Shown here: positions 1 to 11,498 of the stretch, piece by piece
Position numbering within the stretch: the first letter of the stretch is position 1
Layout of the letters: each line of letters starts with the position of its first letter
NCBI RefSeq assembly: GCF_006345805.1
Contig: NC_042998.1
Location: 128,092,001 to 128,156,000 of the forward strand
Reading direction: 5' to 3'
Source of the DNA: Octopus sinensis
Taxonomy: Eukaryota
Length of the DNA: 64,000 nucleotides
The notes under the pieces: model-generated
Databases searched by the model: none
Told to the model about the DNA's origin: nothing
What the model saw: only the letters and a program-made list of their open reading frames with translations
Translations under genes and position numbers: made by a program

Positions 1-228
1 ACGTTTCTTACGATCATAGTTTGTATTCGCTGCTTCCAACGTTAATGCCATACCGCCTAAAGAAATGAACGCATGAATATGATCCACTCGATGTCCATAC
101 ATACAAAGGATTGTATTGAAATCATCCCAGGAATACGGACTATGATCGTAAGAAGCATGTGATATGTGGAAACGCGCGTAGCGATGCATTACGATGTTTA
201 TAAATTTCATCCATGGATTATTATTAAT

Positions 229-230
<2 letters not shown>

Positions 231-302
<72 letters not shown>
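231..302. repeat. (GT)n microsatellite
   Basis: Perfect TG run. It explains the poly-CV ORFs at 166-388. Confidence 0.97.
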
Positions 303-303
<1 letters not shown>

Positions 304-608
304 CATCAAAGTTCAAATTCTATTTTTCTGCACGTGTGTATGGGTTTTTCATTATTTTAGGCTAAATTCTATGCTTCTTTTTCTTTAAACCTAAATATAC
401 TTAAAGAGCGTGGTGTCAGCTGCTCTGATTGAAGTTCAGAAGCCCACGCATGTTGATGGAATTTAAATTTCGACACGTTCACCATTACTCCGATATACTT
501 CTTGACAGTCAACTCGTTTATGGGTTACGCCTTTTGAGGGCTAAGTAACATACCTCGTGAGTTATTTACCATTTAAATTACATGTATCAATATTTATACC
601 AATACTCA

Positions 609-820
609 GGCGGCGAGCTGGCAAAATCGCTACCGCACTGGAAAAATGCTTTGCAGCAATACTTCCGACTTCATGTTCCGAGTTCAAATGCTGCCAGGGT
701 CGGACTTTGCTTTCATTCAACAAGGGTCGATAAAACAAGTACCAGTTGAACACTGGTGTTGATATAACTGACTCACCCCCTCCCCCGAAATTACTGGCCT
801 TATGCCAAATTTGAAACCAA
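609..820 (+). mobile_element. SINE, family 1 (GGCGGCGAGCTGGCAGAA head)
   Basis: Head ggcggcgagctggcaaaatcg, B-box-like gagttcaaat, body ending ggccttatgccaaatttgaaacc. Homologous copies at 34660, 48853, 53370 and 59994. Confidence 0.8.
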
Positions 821-1697
821 TATTTATACAAATATTGATTTGTGTATATGAGTGAATTTCGAATGGTAGAATTTATGAGAGTTTTTTTTTTTTTTTTGTA
901 GTTAATATTTTATAAAGATCGAATAACTGATATTAATGCTTGTTAGACGGAGCCTACTTTATGAGCTAAATCCGTTAATATGCATTTCGAATTTATTGAT
1001 AAGGTGCTGATATTGTAAAACATTTTGCGAATTGTTTTATATGCGCTAATACTCATGGTACTGTCATCAAGCTTAGTTGTTATCCAGAACACTAAAGTGT
1101 TGATAACCGTCTACTGTTGAGCTTCTGTTTGTGACAAACACATTCTATGTTTTCCTATTCCAGACAGCTTTCAACGATCGCAACAATTTTTGAATTCAGT
1201 CCTTAGGCAATGATAGAACAACATTTTTACCTTAATAGCAATTTCACTTTTCTTATGTTTATGAATATTTGATGTAAAAATATACAAATCAACATTTACT
1301 CTTCCTTCTCTGTGTAATTACGTAAAAATTTGTAAAGATTTCGTAAAAGTGAATCTAGGAGAGAAATCAATAAAATTATAATTTCAATAACAAGTAGGAA
1401 TTATACATTGTACCATTGATGATTTGGGAGAATGAAAGTTTCATTTTGCCCTGTTCGATATAATGGCTCCTCTTTTACTCTTTTACTTGTTTCAGTCATT
1501 TGACTGTGGCCATGCTGGAGCACCGCCTTTAGTCGAGCAAGTCGACCCCCAGGACTAATTCTTTGTTAGCCTAGTACTTATTCTATCGGTCTCTTTTTGC
1601 CGAACCGCTAAGCTACGCGGACGTAATCACACCAGCATCGGTTGTAAAGCGATGTTGTGGGGGGGACAAACACAAACACACAAACATACGCGCACAC

Positions 1698-1740
<43 letters not shown>

Positions 1741-1758
1741 GTTAGGATCCCAGAAAAA

Positions 1759-1835
1759 CAGGGTCTCACTGAAGAATTCTCCCATGGCAAATAAATTATC
1801 TTGTTTGCTGAATAGAAAGAAACTGCAGTCTGAGA
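1759..1835 (+). ncRNA. Type I hammerhead ribozyme, copy 1
   Basis: Stem I UCUCA 1764-68/UGAGA 1831-35; core CUGAAGA 1769-75; stem II 1776-1818; GAAA 1819-22; stem III AC-UGCA-GU; GUC cut site after 1830. It has an A.A mismatch at the base of stem II and a weakened pseudoknot (CCCAU). Confidence 0.8.
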
Positions 1836-2155
1836 ATTTTCCGGTTTAGTAAATGTTTTTATCTTCATTTCACTTAATTTATCAAGCTTTTGTATTCCTA
1901 GCACATATTTCGCCTTAATGTACTGATATATGAAAAATATATGGCTTGTGTTAGTAATACCAGCGATTATAATTATTTTTATTTTATCGCAATTTGATTT
2001 GTTTACATATTTCTCGATAAATTATGAGCGCCAGGCGATATACCAGAATTCCCTAGTGTTGTCGGGACGTTCGGAGTCTGCGCAGTGATATGATTAGTTA
2101 GGAAGAGTAACTCATTAGACGCACATGCTTCTAGTGAGTTAGGATCCCAGAAAAA

Positions 2156-2232
2156 CAGGGTCTCACTGAAGATTTCTCCCTGGGCAAATAAATTATCTTG
2201 TTTGCTGAATAGAAAGAAACTGCAGTCTGAGA
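2156..2232 (+). ncRNA. Type I hammerhead ribozyme, copy 2 (best formed)
   Basis: Core CUGAAGA 2166-72; stem II base UUUCU/AGAAA fully paired; GAAAC-UGCA-GUC with cut after 2227; pseudoknot CAGGG 2156-60/CCCUG 2178-82 intact. Confidence 0.88.
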
Positions 2233-2552
2233 ATTTTCCGGTTTAGTAAATGTTTTTATCTTCATTTCACTTAATTTATCAAGCTTTTGTATTACTAGCA
2301 CATATTTCGCCTTAATGTACTGATATATGAAAAATATATGGCTTGTGTTAGTAATACCAGCGATTATAATTATTTTTATTTTATCGCAATTTGATTTGTT
2401 TACATATTTCTCGATAAATTATGAGCGCCAGGCGATATACCAGAATTCCCTAGTGTTGTCGGGACGTTCGGAGTCTGCGCAGTGATATGATTAGTTAGGA
2501 AGAGTAACTCATTAGACGCACATGCTTCTAGTGAGTTAGGATCCCAGAAAAA

Positions 2553-2629
2553 CAGGGTCTCACTGAAGAATTCTCCCTGGGCAAATAAATTATCTTGTTT
2601 GCTGAATAGAAAGAAACTGCAGTCTGAGA
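2553..2629 (+). ncRNA. Type I hammerhead ribozyme, copy 3
   Basis: Core CUGAAGA 2563-69; cut after 2624; pseudoknot intact; A.A mismatch at the base of stem II. Confidence 0.83.
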
Positions 2630-2794
2630 ATTTTCCGGTTTAGTAAATGTTTTTATCTTCATTTCACTTAATTTATCAAGCTTTTGTATTCCTAGCACAT
2701 ATTTCGCCTTAATGTACTGATATATGAAAAATATATGGCTTGTGTTAGTAATACCAGCGATTATAATTATTTTTATTTTATCGCAATTTGATTT

Positions 2795-2850
<56 letters not shown>

Positions 2851-3051
2851 GACGGGCTTCTTTCAGTTTCCGTCTACCAAATCCACTCACAAGGCTTTGG
2901 TTGGCCCGAGGCTATAGTAGAAGACACTTGCCCAAGGTACCACGCAGTGGGACTGAGCCTTGGAACCATGTGGTTGGTAAGCAAGCTACTTACCACCCAG
3001 CCACTCTTACGCCTATGTTTTTATTAGGTTAAAGGTTAGCTCCTGTTGATT

Positions 3052-3587
3052 TATGGGACATAGTGGCGATATTTCCTACTAGAAGTAACAGCAAAATCCT
3101 GCTGCTCACATTACACAATACCGTCTTAAAAACGGAAGAACACATTTAACAATATTAATATAGATATCTATTAAGATTGGAGTGATACAACTAAAAAGTC
3201 CAAATTGTAGGTATCCAATGTATCGTGGGTAACGTAGGATCTGGCAGTAGCAGCCACCGCATCACAACGTCACATATCTAAATTTCCATCAATCACACCA
3301 CTACAAGCACCTCAACACTACATCTAAAATTTACACATACACGCACGCACACACACATACACACACACACGCCTATACACAAAACACTGCCATATCACCA
3401 CGCTTCTATCATACACCAACAGTACTATACACTAGTACCATATTTATCCGTCTCCATTTCTGCACGTTATCACATCGATATATCTGTGGATCAAATATAT
3501 CACATCTGCCCTCTAGCAATGGAAACCAGATAATGATCGTCACAAACCTACTAATGGACATTTAAAAAAACTCACCATTATTCTTTT
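3052..3587. repeat. About 520-bp direct duplication, copy 1
   Basis: Aligns along its whole length with 5385-5892 (offset about 2334), roughly 90% identical by eye. Confidence 0.9.
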
Positions 3588-4130
3588 TTTTCCGACCCTA
3601 CTGTGTTTGTAATGAGAAAATGGTCGGAAGAATCTCTCAATAAATTATCAGCACCTTTGACCATTTTCTAAACTATATAGTACATATTTATGAATCCTAA
3701 GTGAATTGAAGCAATGTAAAATATAGTGCTCTAACCATTAACCTAATAAAAACAGGTTGTTGGGGACTCTAACTTGTTAACAGGGAAATGAAGGCTAAGG
3801 TAGTCAGTAAAGTACATGATTTTGTTGAAAGCTGATTTGGATATGAAACCAGTAAGTAGATGTCGATCTTAATATCGTGTGTAGGACTGTTAAATTAAGC
3901 AGCAGCAGTAAATAAGTGAGAAAAGGAAAGGTGTTAAACTTTAACGCATGTCTAATGAGAGACAAGAACGTTTCACTTGTTTAGAAATGCTTTTAACACT
4001 GGGAATGAAAGTGTAGTTTGCCTTACTAATTGAATATTATTGTATAGGGATTTTGAATAGTTAAGTCAAGCGAATGGCAATGGCAGACTGCTGGTTATGA
4101 AGGTCCTTTTCCATTCTATTTTGCTTACAG

Positions 4131-4187
<57 letters not shown>
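4131..4187. repeat. (GT)n microsatellite
   Basis: Perfect TG run. Confidence 0.95.
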
Positions 4188-4189
<2 letters not shown>

Positions 4190-5384
4190 GTGTTTTATTC
4201 GTTTTTTTAACACTGCAAGAAATTCTAAAACATCTGATGATGGACTGGGAAACATTTTCAGATGATGGATTCAGATGATGGATTCAGATGACGGATATCT
4301 GTCTCAAAAAGGTGGAGGACCATGAAGAACATGTCAAGGAAAATTATCTCGGTTATATTGTTGATTTGTCAAAGGTTTATCACTACACTCCCTTACACAG
4401 CGAAATTTACTTTTATGCTGATAATTGGTTGATGAGTATGTTTATACACGAATTATATAAAAAGCTTCCCCAGACTCAAATAAAATTCAATATAAGTTCA
4501 TTTCAAATTTATTCCGAGTTTATACTAGGACTAGTGCATTTGTGTGTGTAACAGCAACACTGGACCAGATGTTGAAGCAATGTTCTAATGTCGGACTCTT
4601 TTAAGATCTTAAACAGTTTTTAATTGTCCGGAGCTGAAGCATTTTGGAGCACAACTGTAAACATTAGCGATACTAAGGCCTAGATTTTGGAGCGACCCTG
4701 AGGCTCCCGTTACTTATTCGTTCTTAATAGGTGGAGACACGTTATTTTCTCATGGTAGTCTTTTATGCTATTGAAGAAAACAAGTTCAACATGACTCTTT
4801 CAAAAAGTACGTTCACGCAGATTACGCCTGAGATTTTTTAGTTGCATGTGATTGACGCATGAAACATCGATGCTTAATGAAAGAGAAATAATTGCCAAAG
4901 CCGCTGACTTTGTTGGTTTGGGGTGAACGAAGAGGCTTCCACATTTAGAGTCTGCATAAATGGCGGTGAGTCTGTTAGAGTGGAAGGGAATAAAATGGGA
5001 GGAGATTTACCTTGTGTGTGCTGCGTAAGAATGACTGGATGTAAGGTGGGCAGAAAGTGTAAAGACGTTTTCCATGAGAATACGGTTTACAAAACCATAA
5101 GGACTGGAAAGTGAAGCGAATGAATATTCCGAAAAGATGTATTCGGATAACTGTCTTATTCGAGTTTGATGGAAAGCCAGCCATCTTTTAGTTGATTTTC
5201 TCTGAACGTTCTAAGCCATATTCTTTATCTGAATTACTTCAACACAGCAATAAGAGAACCATGTGGACGATGTGGGGCTATAAGTTTTTGTTTGTGTAGG
5301 ATATATTGAGAAACAGATCTACAAAGGTACTCTTTGTACCCTTTCAGTCATACCCATCATAGGAGCCTACAGGTTCATTTTGAG

Positions 5385-5892
5385 TTATGTGACATAGTGA
5401 CGATATTTCCTACTAGAAGTAACAGCAAAATCCTGCTCACGTTACACAATACCGTCTTAAAAATGGAAGAACACATTGAACAATATTAATATAGATATAT
5501 ATTAAGATTGGAGTGGTACAACTAAAACGTTCTAATTGAAGGTATCTAATTATCGGGAGTAACGTAGGATCTGGCAGTAGCAGCAACCACCGCATCACAA
5601 CGTTACATATCTACATTTCCATCCATCACACCACTACAAGCACCTCAACACTACATATAAAATTTACACACACACACCTATTCACAAAACACTGCCATAT
5701 CACCACGCTTCTATCATAACACCATCAGCACTATACATTAGTACCATATTTATCTATCTCCATTTCTGCACGTTATCACATCGACATACCTGTGGATCAA
5801 ATATATCACATCTGCCCTCTAGCAATGGAAACCCGATAATGATCGTCACAAACCTACTAATGGACATTTAAAAAACTGACCATTATTCTTTT
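5385..5892. repeat. About 520-bp direct duplication, copy 2
   Basis: See 3052-3587. Confidence 0.9.
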
Positions 5893-6049
5893 CATTTCTA
5901 CCTACATTACCTTTTTACTTCTTCATGGCCAACTAGTTTTCTTGATGCTTCCACGACTAAAGTTGGCTTCTTCCTAATACAATCTTCTCATAAATCCAAC
6001 AATAAAAAAAATAACTTCTCTGCAAATAGCAACTTTCAATGGACTGTAA

Positions 6050-6898
6050 ATTTGGTCGTCATCGTTGCAGCCATTGTTGTTGCTGCTGCTGCTGCTGCCA
6101 CTTGCTACGGAGACGGTGGTGGTGGTGGTGGTGGTGGTCCTAGCTGTGAGGCTGGTGTCGGCGGCTACGGCGGCGTGGTAGTGAGTGTGGAGGTGGTTGT
6201 GATGGTGTTGGTTATCGTGAAGGAGGTTCTGGTTGTGGTGGTGGTGACGTCAGCACGGGCGACAGCATGTGGTGGTAGTGGTGGTGGTGATTTTGGTGTT
6301 GGTGGTGGTGGTGTGGTGCTGGTGGTGGTGCTGGTGGTGCTGGTGGTGAATTTGATTCTGATGGTGACGGTGTTGGCTGTAGCTGTTATTACAAAGTACA
6401 AAGATGGTGATGGCTGCAGTGGTGGTGGTGGTGGTGGTGATGATGTCAGTGATGGCTGTAGTAGAGGTTATGGTGGTAATACTCTAGGTGATGGCGATGG
6501 TGGTGTCAGTAGTGGCGGCGATGGCAGTAGCGAAACCGTTAGCGATATTTGACTATTACAGGTGGTATTGGTGATGGTGACGGTTGTTCTACAGGTGACG
6601 ATGGCGATTCTACCACCACTACGGCTGCTATTACCGTTATTCTTGTTCTTGTTATTGCTGCCACTCTTGTACTAAACGTTAATATCGCTCTTATTCTTTT
6701 TATACTTTATATTGTAGTTCATTTTTTAATTTTTATTTTAGGTTATTTTTCGTTCCACGTTACTCTCTCTTGCCAATTTTGCTGCTGCTGCTGCTGCTGT
6801 TGTTGTTGTTGTTGTTGTTGTTACTGCTTACGTTGTCGGTTGCTGTCGTTATCGTGATGGAGGTTTATTTTCTTGTTTTTCCCATTTTTTGTTGCTCG

Positions 6899-6932
<34 letters not shown>

Positions 6933-7420
6933 GCCGTCGTGTTTTGCTATTATTATTTATTCTTGTTTGTGTGTGTTTGTTTATTTATTATTTTTGTTTC
7001 TAGTATAATATTGATGTGACTCTAGCTTTTGTCGCTATTATTTTGTTATTGTTGAAGTTTGTGTTGTTGACGGTGACGGCGACGGTGGCGGTGCGGTGGT
7101 AGAGGAGGCTGAGGGGGGAGGAGGAGGAGGAGGAGGAGGTAGTGAGTGGTGGTGGTGGTGGTGGTGGTGGTGGTGGTGGTGGTGGTGGTGGAAGCGGCAG
7201 TGGCGACGGTGGCGGCGGTGACAGTGTTGAAGGTTATTGAAATGGTGGTAGTGGTGGTAGTGGTGGCGAGGAAGTGGTAGCGTTGATAAAGAAGATGAGG
7301 ATGTTGAAGAGGAGGCGGTGGTGAAACGTAGGTGAAGATGCTGGTGATGGAAATAATGATGTTGTTATTGCTACAGTTGTGTTTTTTTTATTGTTGTGGT
7401 TGTTGTTGATGATCTTCATA
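6050..7420. repeat. Degenerate trinucleotide low-complexity tract (GGT/GTT/GCT/GAG)
   Basis: Runs of ggt, gtt, gct and gag. Its ORFs are poly-G, V, C or T. Confidence 0.9.
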
Positions 7421-8164
7421 AATACAATAACTGTTTTCTTTTGTTGACTTTTTTTTTTTTTACTTTTTTTTTTTTTTCGAGTATTTTATTTTATTCTATT
7501 TTATTTTTACTTTCTTTTGAAATGTATTCGGCCACTGATATTATTTAATCGATACCAAGAATAAAGGATGTTTCCACGATAGAAGAATATTCCTTGAATA
7601 TTTGGTTATAATCTAAGATAAACAAAACAAAACAAGAATCAAAAAATATCAAAGCCACAAATAAAATCACAAGAAGAAAAAAAGTGGATTAAGAAACACA
7701 AATGCGGAAAGCGAAAAGTAAAAATCCTGCCTCCCGGCCATTCTAACGTGACGGACATATATTAATGAAGGTTTATGTCGATTTGTTCATCTTGCTATCC
7801 TCATCATCTTACCACTATATATCACCACCATCATCGCCTTCATCCCCACTATCTTTACCAGCTGCAACAGCATTATTGTAATCATTTTTGTCATTATCAT
7901 CACCATTATTGTAATATTCATTGCTATCGTCCTCGTTGCCGCCATCATGTCGAACACCACAAGCAACAGTAGCGGCAATAATTTTACTTGCTACAAGTCA
8001 GGTTCAGTTTTAGTAATATAATCCAATATATTAGTTCGAACTCTGTATTTTTTTTGTGCGATACTTGTTACGTGTTACAGACACACATAGACACAGACAC
8101 ACGCACACAGAGAAACACACACACACACATGTGTATTTAATCATTCTTTTCTATCATTTTGTAG

Positions 8165-8352
8165 CCTCTAAACATCTGGCGTAGAGTCACCACCACTATC
8201 TCAAATATCCATAAGCACTTAGCCTTTTCCTTTCTTTGTTCGACACCGACCTGCAGTTCGCCGGATCCTCTCACATTCTCCCACCCTTGCCAGCACGGAA
8301 AACAGGCGTTAAATGAGGATGATAACGATGATAAGGATGCTGATGATGAAGA
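8165..8352 (+). CDS. Candidate coding exon, product unknown (PLNIWRRVTTTISNIHKHL...NEDDNDDKDADDE)
   Basis: Pyrimidine-rich acceptor ttctttttctatcattttgtag, 62 open codons, donor ga|gtaaga at 8353. No protein family recognised. Confidence 0.2.
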
Positions 8353-8360
8353 GTAAGAGG

Positions 8361-8397
<37 letters not shown>

Positions 8398-9576
8398 GAG
8401 ACCTTAAGGAGAGCGTTGTTCTTTTACAGTTGTCCTTCATCATATCCAACGTTGCGCCATGATAATATCTTCTAATACGTACAAACTTGCGAGATACAGC
8501 GGGTGATCTCAGTAGTTCCCTGAAGCTGATACCACTCGCAAGCAAACACACCGTGGAATCCGTTCTGTGGAAACCCACGGCGTTGGGAATGGTCTCAAAG
8601 ATGGGAAGAGTACCGAAAATCCCACCACTTTGAATGGACCCAAGCTTACTACCCAGGATTGTGCTCATTAGACTGCTCCCCTCCACACACACACACACAC
8701 ACACCCATTTCTGATATGGATGAGATAGTATTTAGACATGAATTGTAACTATACGGCTCCTGTAGAATGCCCTGTGGTGGGATACTGTTTTTCAAGTCAG
8801 AGTTGTGTATAAATGCGTAGTGGAAACTTATAATAATGGCAACAGTAAACCTCGTGAACCAGCGCATCTCCGTGCATAAGCATTCTTTTTCCAGCTCGAA
8901 GCTCAAGTTCTCTACTTTTTAGCAGAATACGTCCATAATCTAGCCAAGAGTAAAGTTAATCAGAGTTTGAAATAATCGGGGTGGGGGTAGATCGCCCAAC
9001 CTTGCCGGGGAAGGACATTCCTGCTACTTTGTATCAAAGAGGGATTGGAAATTATATTAGCCAGCACTAACCACTTACTTGATAAACGGGGAAAGATGTA
9101 TGATTATTTTACGTTCGTAGGACAATTTAGACCTTCTGGAATACACTTGGCAGAGTGTACTCTAGCAGTAACTACGATGGAATAAGCCAGACTTCGGGTC
9201 TTATTGAATGTGCTACGGTGGTATCTCTGCCAGTAGGTCCGAGTATTGTTGCACAAGCATAATGCTGTCAGGTATCCTGCATCCTACATCGGAATACCCA
9301 GTTTGTCTTTTCTCGCTTTTGCACCTTTACCGTCCAATCCACTAGTAAACGTTCCCGCGCTTTGTTACATCTCTACCGGAGAAATCTGGAGTCTAAAAGA
9401 CTATCTCCTCTTTTTACTTGGATTCCTTGACATTCACCACAAGTTTGTTTACAGTGTGTAAAAGCGAAGATTCTTTCAATAAATCAAGAATTTATCTTCT
9501 TTGGTATTTAAATATCTTTATTCGTGTTTGTTGTCAAAATTCTTGCTAGTCGCAACTTTCAGTTATTTCTCTTCAA

Positions 9577-9616
<40 letters not shown>

Positions 9617-9631
9617 AGTATGTGAAGAACG

Positions 9632-9769
9632 TGTTGTAGTGGTTGGCGTGTTGGACTCACAATCATAATGCTGTCTGTTCGATTCTTGGGTCGGGCGTTA
9701 TATCCTTGGGCAAGATACATTATGTTATGCTACTCCAGTACTCAGGTGACAATGATTAGTGCTGGAGCA

Positions 9770-9775
<6 letters not shown>
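9632..9775 (+). mobile_element. Degenerate tRNA-derived SINE head
   Basis: tgtagtggttggcgtgttggactcacaatc...gttcgattc...ccttgggcaaga resembles the head at 52225. Confidence 0.6.
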
Positions 9776-9819
<44 letters not shown>

Positions 9820-9857
9820 TCTCTCTCCTCTCTTTGTCTCTCTCTCTCCCTCTCTTT
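9773..9857. repeat. (CT)n microsatellite
   Basis: Imperfect CT run. Confidence 0.9.
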
Positions 9858-10156
9858 CAGTGTTACAGAGTGTCACATCCACCATGCTCTGCAGGGTCAC
9901 TGGCGGCGATACTGAACGTATTTCAATGCTAATAACTGCATAGCACTCGAAATAATTAGCAAATGAGGTACACTCTCCTGAGTCATACCCTGATACGAAT
10001 AGCGTCGATTTTTTTATGTGTGTACACGTGTGTCTGTGTGTTTAAGAGAGAGAGAGCCCGAGTTATGTGTGACCACGCGCTAGTTTGTGTGTGAGTGCGT
10101 GTATGTATTTGTGTGCGTGCGTATGTGTGTGTGTAAGTATGCATATATGGCGAATG

Positions 10157-10217
<61 letters not shown>

Positions 10218-10586
10218 ACATAAATACATACATATATACATACATAGTTTAGAAACAAAACGTACGCAATAAAAGAATAAATTCAATCTTTCGGTGTTAT
10301 TTCACCTCTTCAGTGAAAGACACTGCTTCGGTCATTCGGAGATTGCAGTGGCTTTATACACAAAGTCTTGAAGACAGAAATTTGTTCTCCGCAACAAATT
10401 CTCGCGGTGAATCTCATTTCCGATATCGTGTGCAGGACAGTGTTAAAAATAAAATATTTATATAATTATTTTGATCCTCACTATATTATGTGCTTGTACT
10501 AAACTAATGACGGATTGACAACCCTCTCTGCACATCTGTAAAAGTTTTGTCTGTTGTTTTATATTTAGGACAAGTTCCCTGTCTAG

Positions 10587-10667
10587 CTCCAAGTGGAAGA
10601 AGCGGTAACTATTGCTGAAGAGGCGAAGCACTGGTTATCCACTGATGTCGTTTGGAATTTGGTGTCT
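10587..10667 (+). CDS. Candidate 81-bp coding exon, product unknown (LQVEEAVTIAEEAKHWLSTDVVWNLVS)
   Basis: Acceptor ttccctgtctag, donor tct|gtaagc, phase 0-0, only one frame open, protein-like composition. Not assigned to a gene. Confidence 0.4.
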
Positions 10668-10969
10668 GTAAGCATGAAATGTACTGAGAGATTTGTTGTC
10701 CTACACTGACAAGCGTAGCGAATGTTATACGCGTTCATACGTATCATTTGGTATGCGTGTCTATATAAATATACATACACATAAAAATATGCAATCATAC
10801 ATAAATATAATCATATGTATGTATATAGGTTTGGTTTAGTTAGTGTGTGTAATATTATTCAAAGCTGGGTCTGTGGGAATCGCTCATAAAGTCTTTTTTT
10901 ATATTCCACACCGCTAACTGTATTGAATGCTTTTTCTCCTAAATATTTGCGATTCGCAGAACGTCAAGA

Positions 10970-11252
10970 CATGTATGTCAGTGTATGCCTGTATAAGTCA
11001 ATATATATTTTATGTGTGCGTCCATATTACAACACACACGGACGCACAGACGCACGCACACACGAATACACACAGACGCACACACGCAAATATATATACA
11101 TTCACAAAAACACACATATGTATAACTATATATATATATACATATAAATATATATGTATTTATATATATATACATATATATATATATACACACACATATA
11201 TATACACGCACACACACACACACGCATATATATATATATAATAAATATATAT

Positions 11253-11308
<56 letters not shown>

Positions 11309-11454
11309 CATGTACATATACATATACATATAATATAATTTATATATATGTATATATATATATAATATATATATATATATAATATATATATAATATACAT
11401 ATATATATATATATATATATATGTATATGTATATATAAAAATGTATATATATAT

Positions 11455-11498
<44 letters not shown>

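Larger units (their letters stand above)
1736..2799 (+). repeat. 397-bp tandem array (about 2.7 units) carrying hammerhead ribozymes; retrozyme-like element
   Basis: Units start at 1736, 2133 and 2530. By eye they differ at only 4 positions. (TA)n lies on both sides. Confidence 0.95.
1472..3014 (-). mobile_element. tRNA-derived SINE, family 2, split by the 397-bp array
   Basis: 3' half at 1472-1735 and tRNA-like head half at 2800-3014. A related copy at 18434-18718 has the same halves joined by a short CA/TA tract. Confidence 0.85.

Noticed and set aside
2069-2078. B-box-like gttcggagtc in the 397-bp unit
   Set aside because: It mismatches an invariant position and has no convincing A box, so it is not enough to call a Pol III promoter.
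1736-2799. Helitron or CRISPR-like explanation for the 397-bp array
   Set aside because: The hairpin is not followed by a CTRR terminus and there is no 5' TC end. The units are near-identical throughout, with no unique spacers.
4244-4265. CUGAUGA followed by GAAA
   Set aside because: No stem II pairing and no palindromic or paired stem III.
3052-5892. LTR retrotransposon interpretation of the direct repeats
   Set aside because: No TG...CA ends, primer-binding site, polypurine tract, TSD or gag/pol motifs were found.
6052-6857. 166-aa and 102-aa Gly/Val-rich ORFs resembling a glycine-rich structural protein
   Set aside because: They lie wholly in degenerate GGT/GTT repeat, open in several frames on both strands, and have no signal peptide or splice support.
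8309-8704. 131-aa minus-strand ORF with a protein-like middle
   Set aside because: It begins and ends in (TG)n repeats, has no splice signals, and matches no family I recognise.
9430-9456. HCKQTCGEC on the minus strand, like the end of an ShK domain
   Set aside because: The other ShK cysteines are absent, there are stops on both sides, and no good acceptor is present.
10280-10320. Minus-strand CUGAAGA-GGUG/CACC-GAAA
   Set aside because: Stem II is good, but there is no correctly placed UH site with a matching stem I. At best it is a decayed motif.
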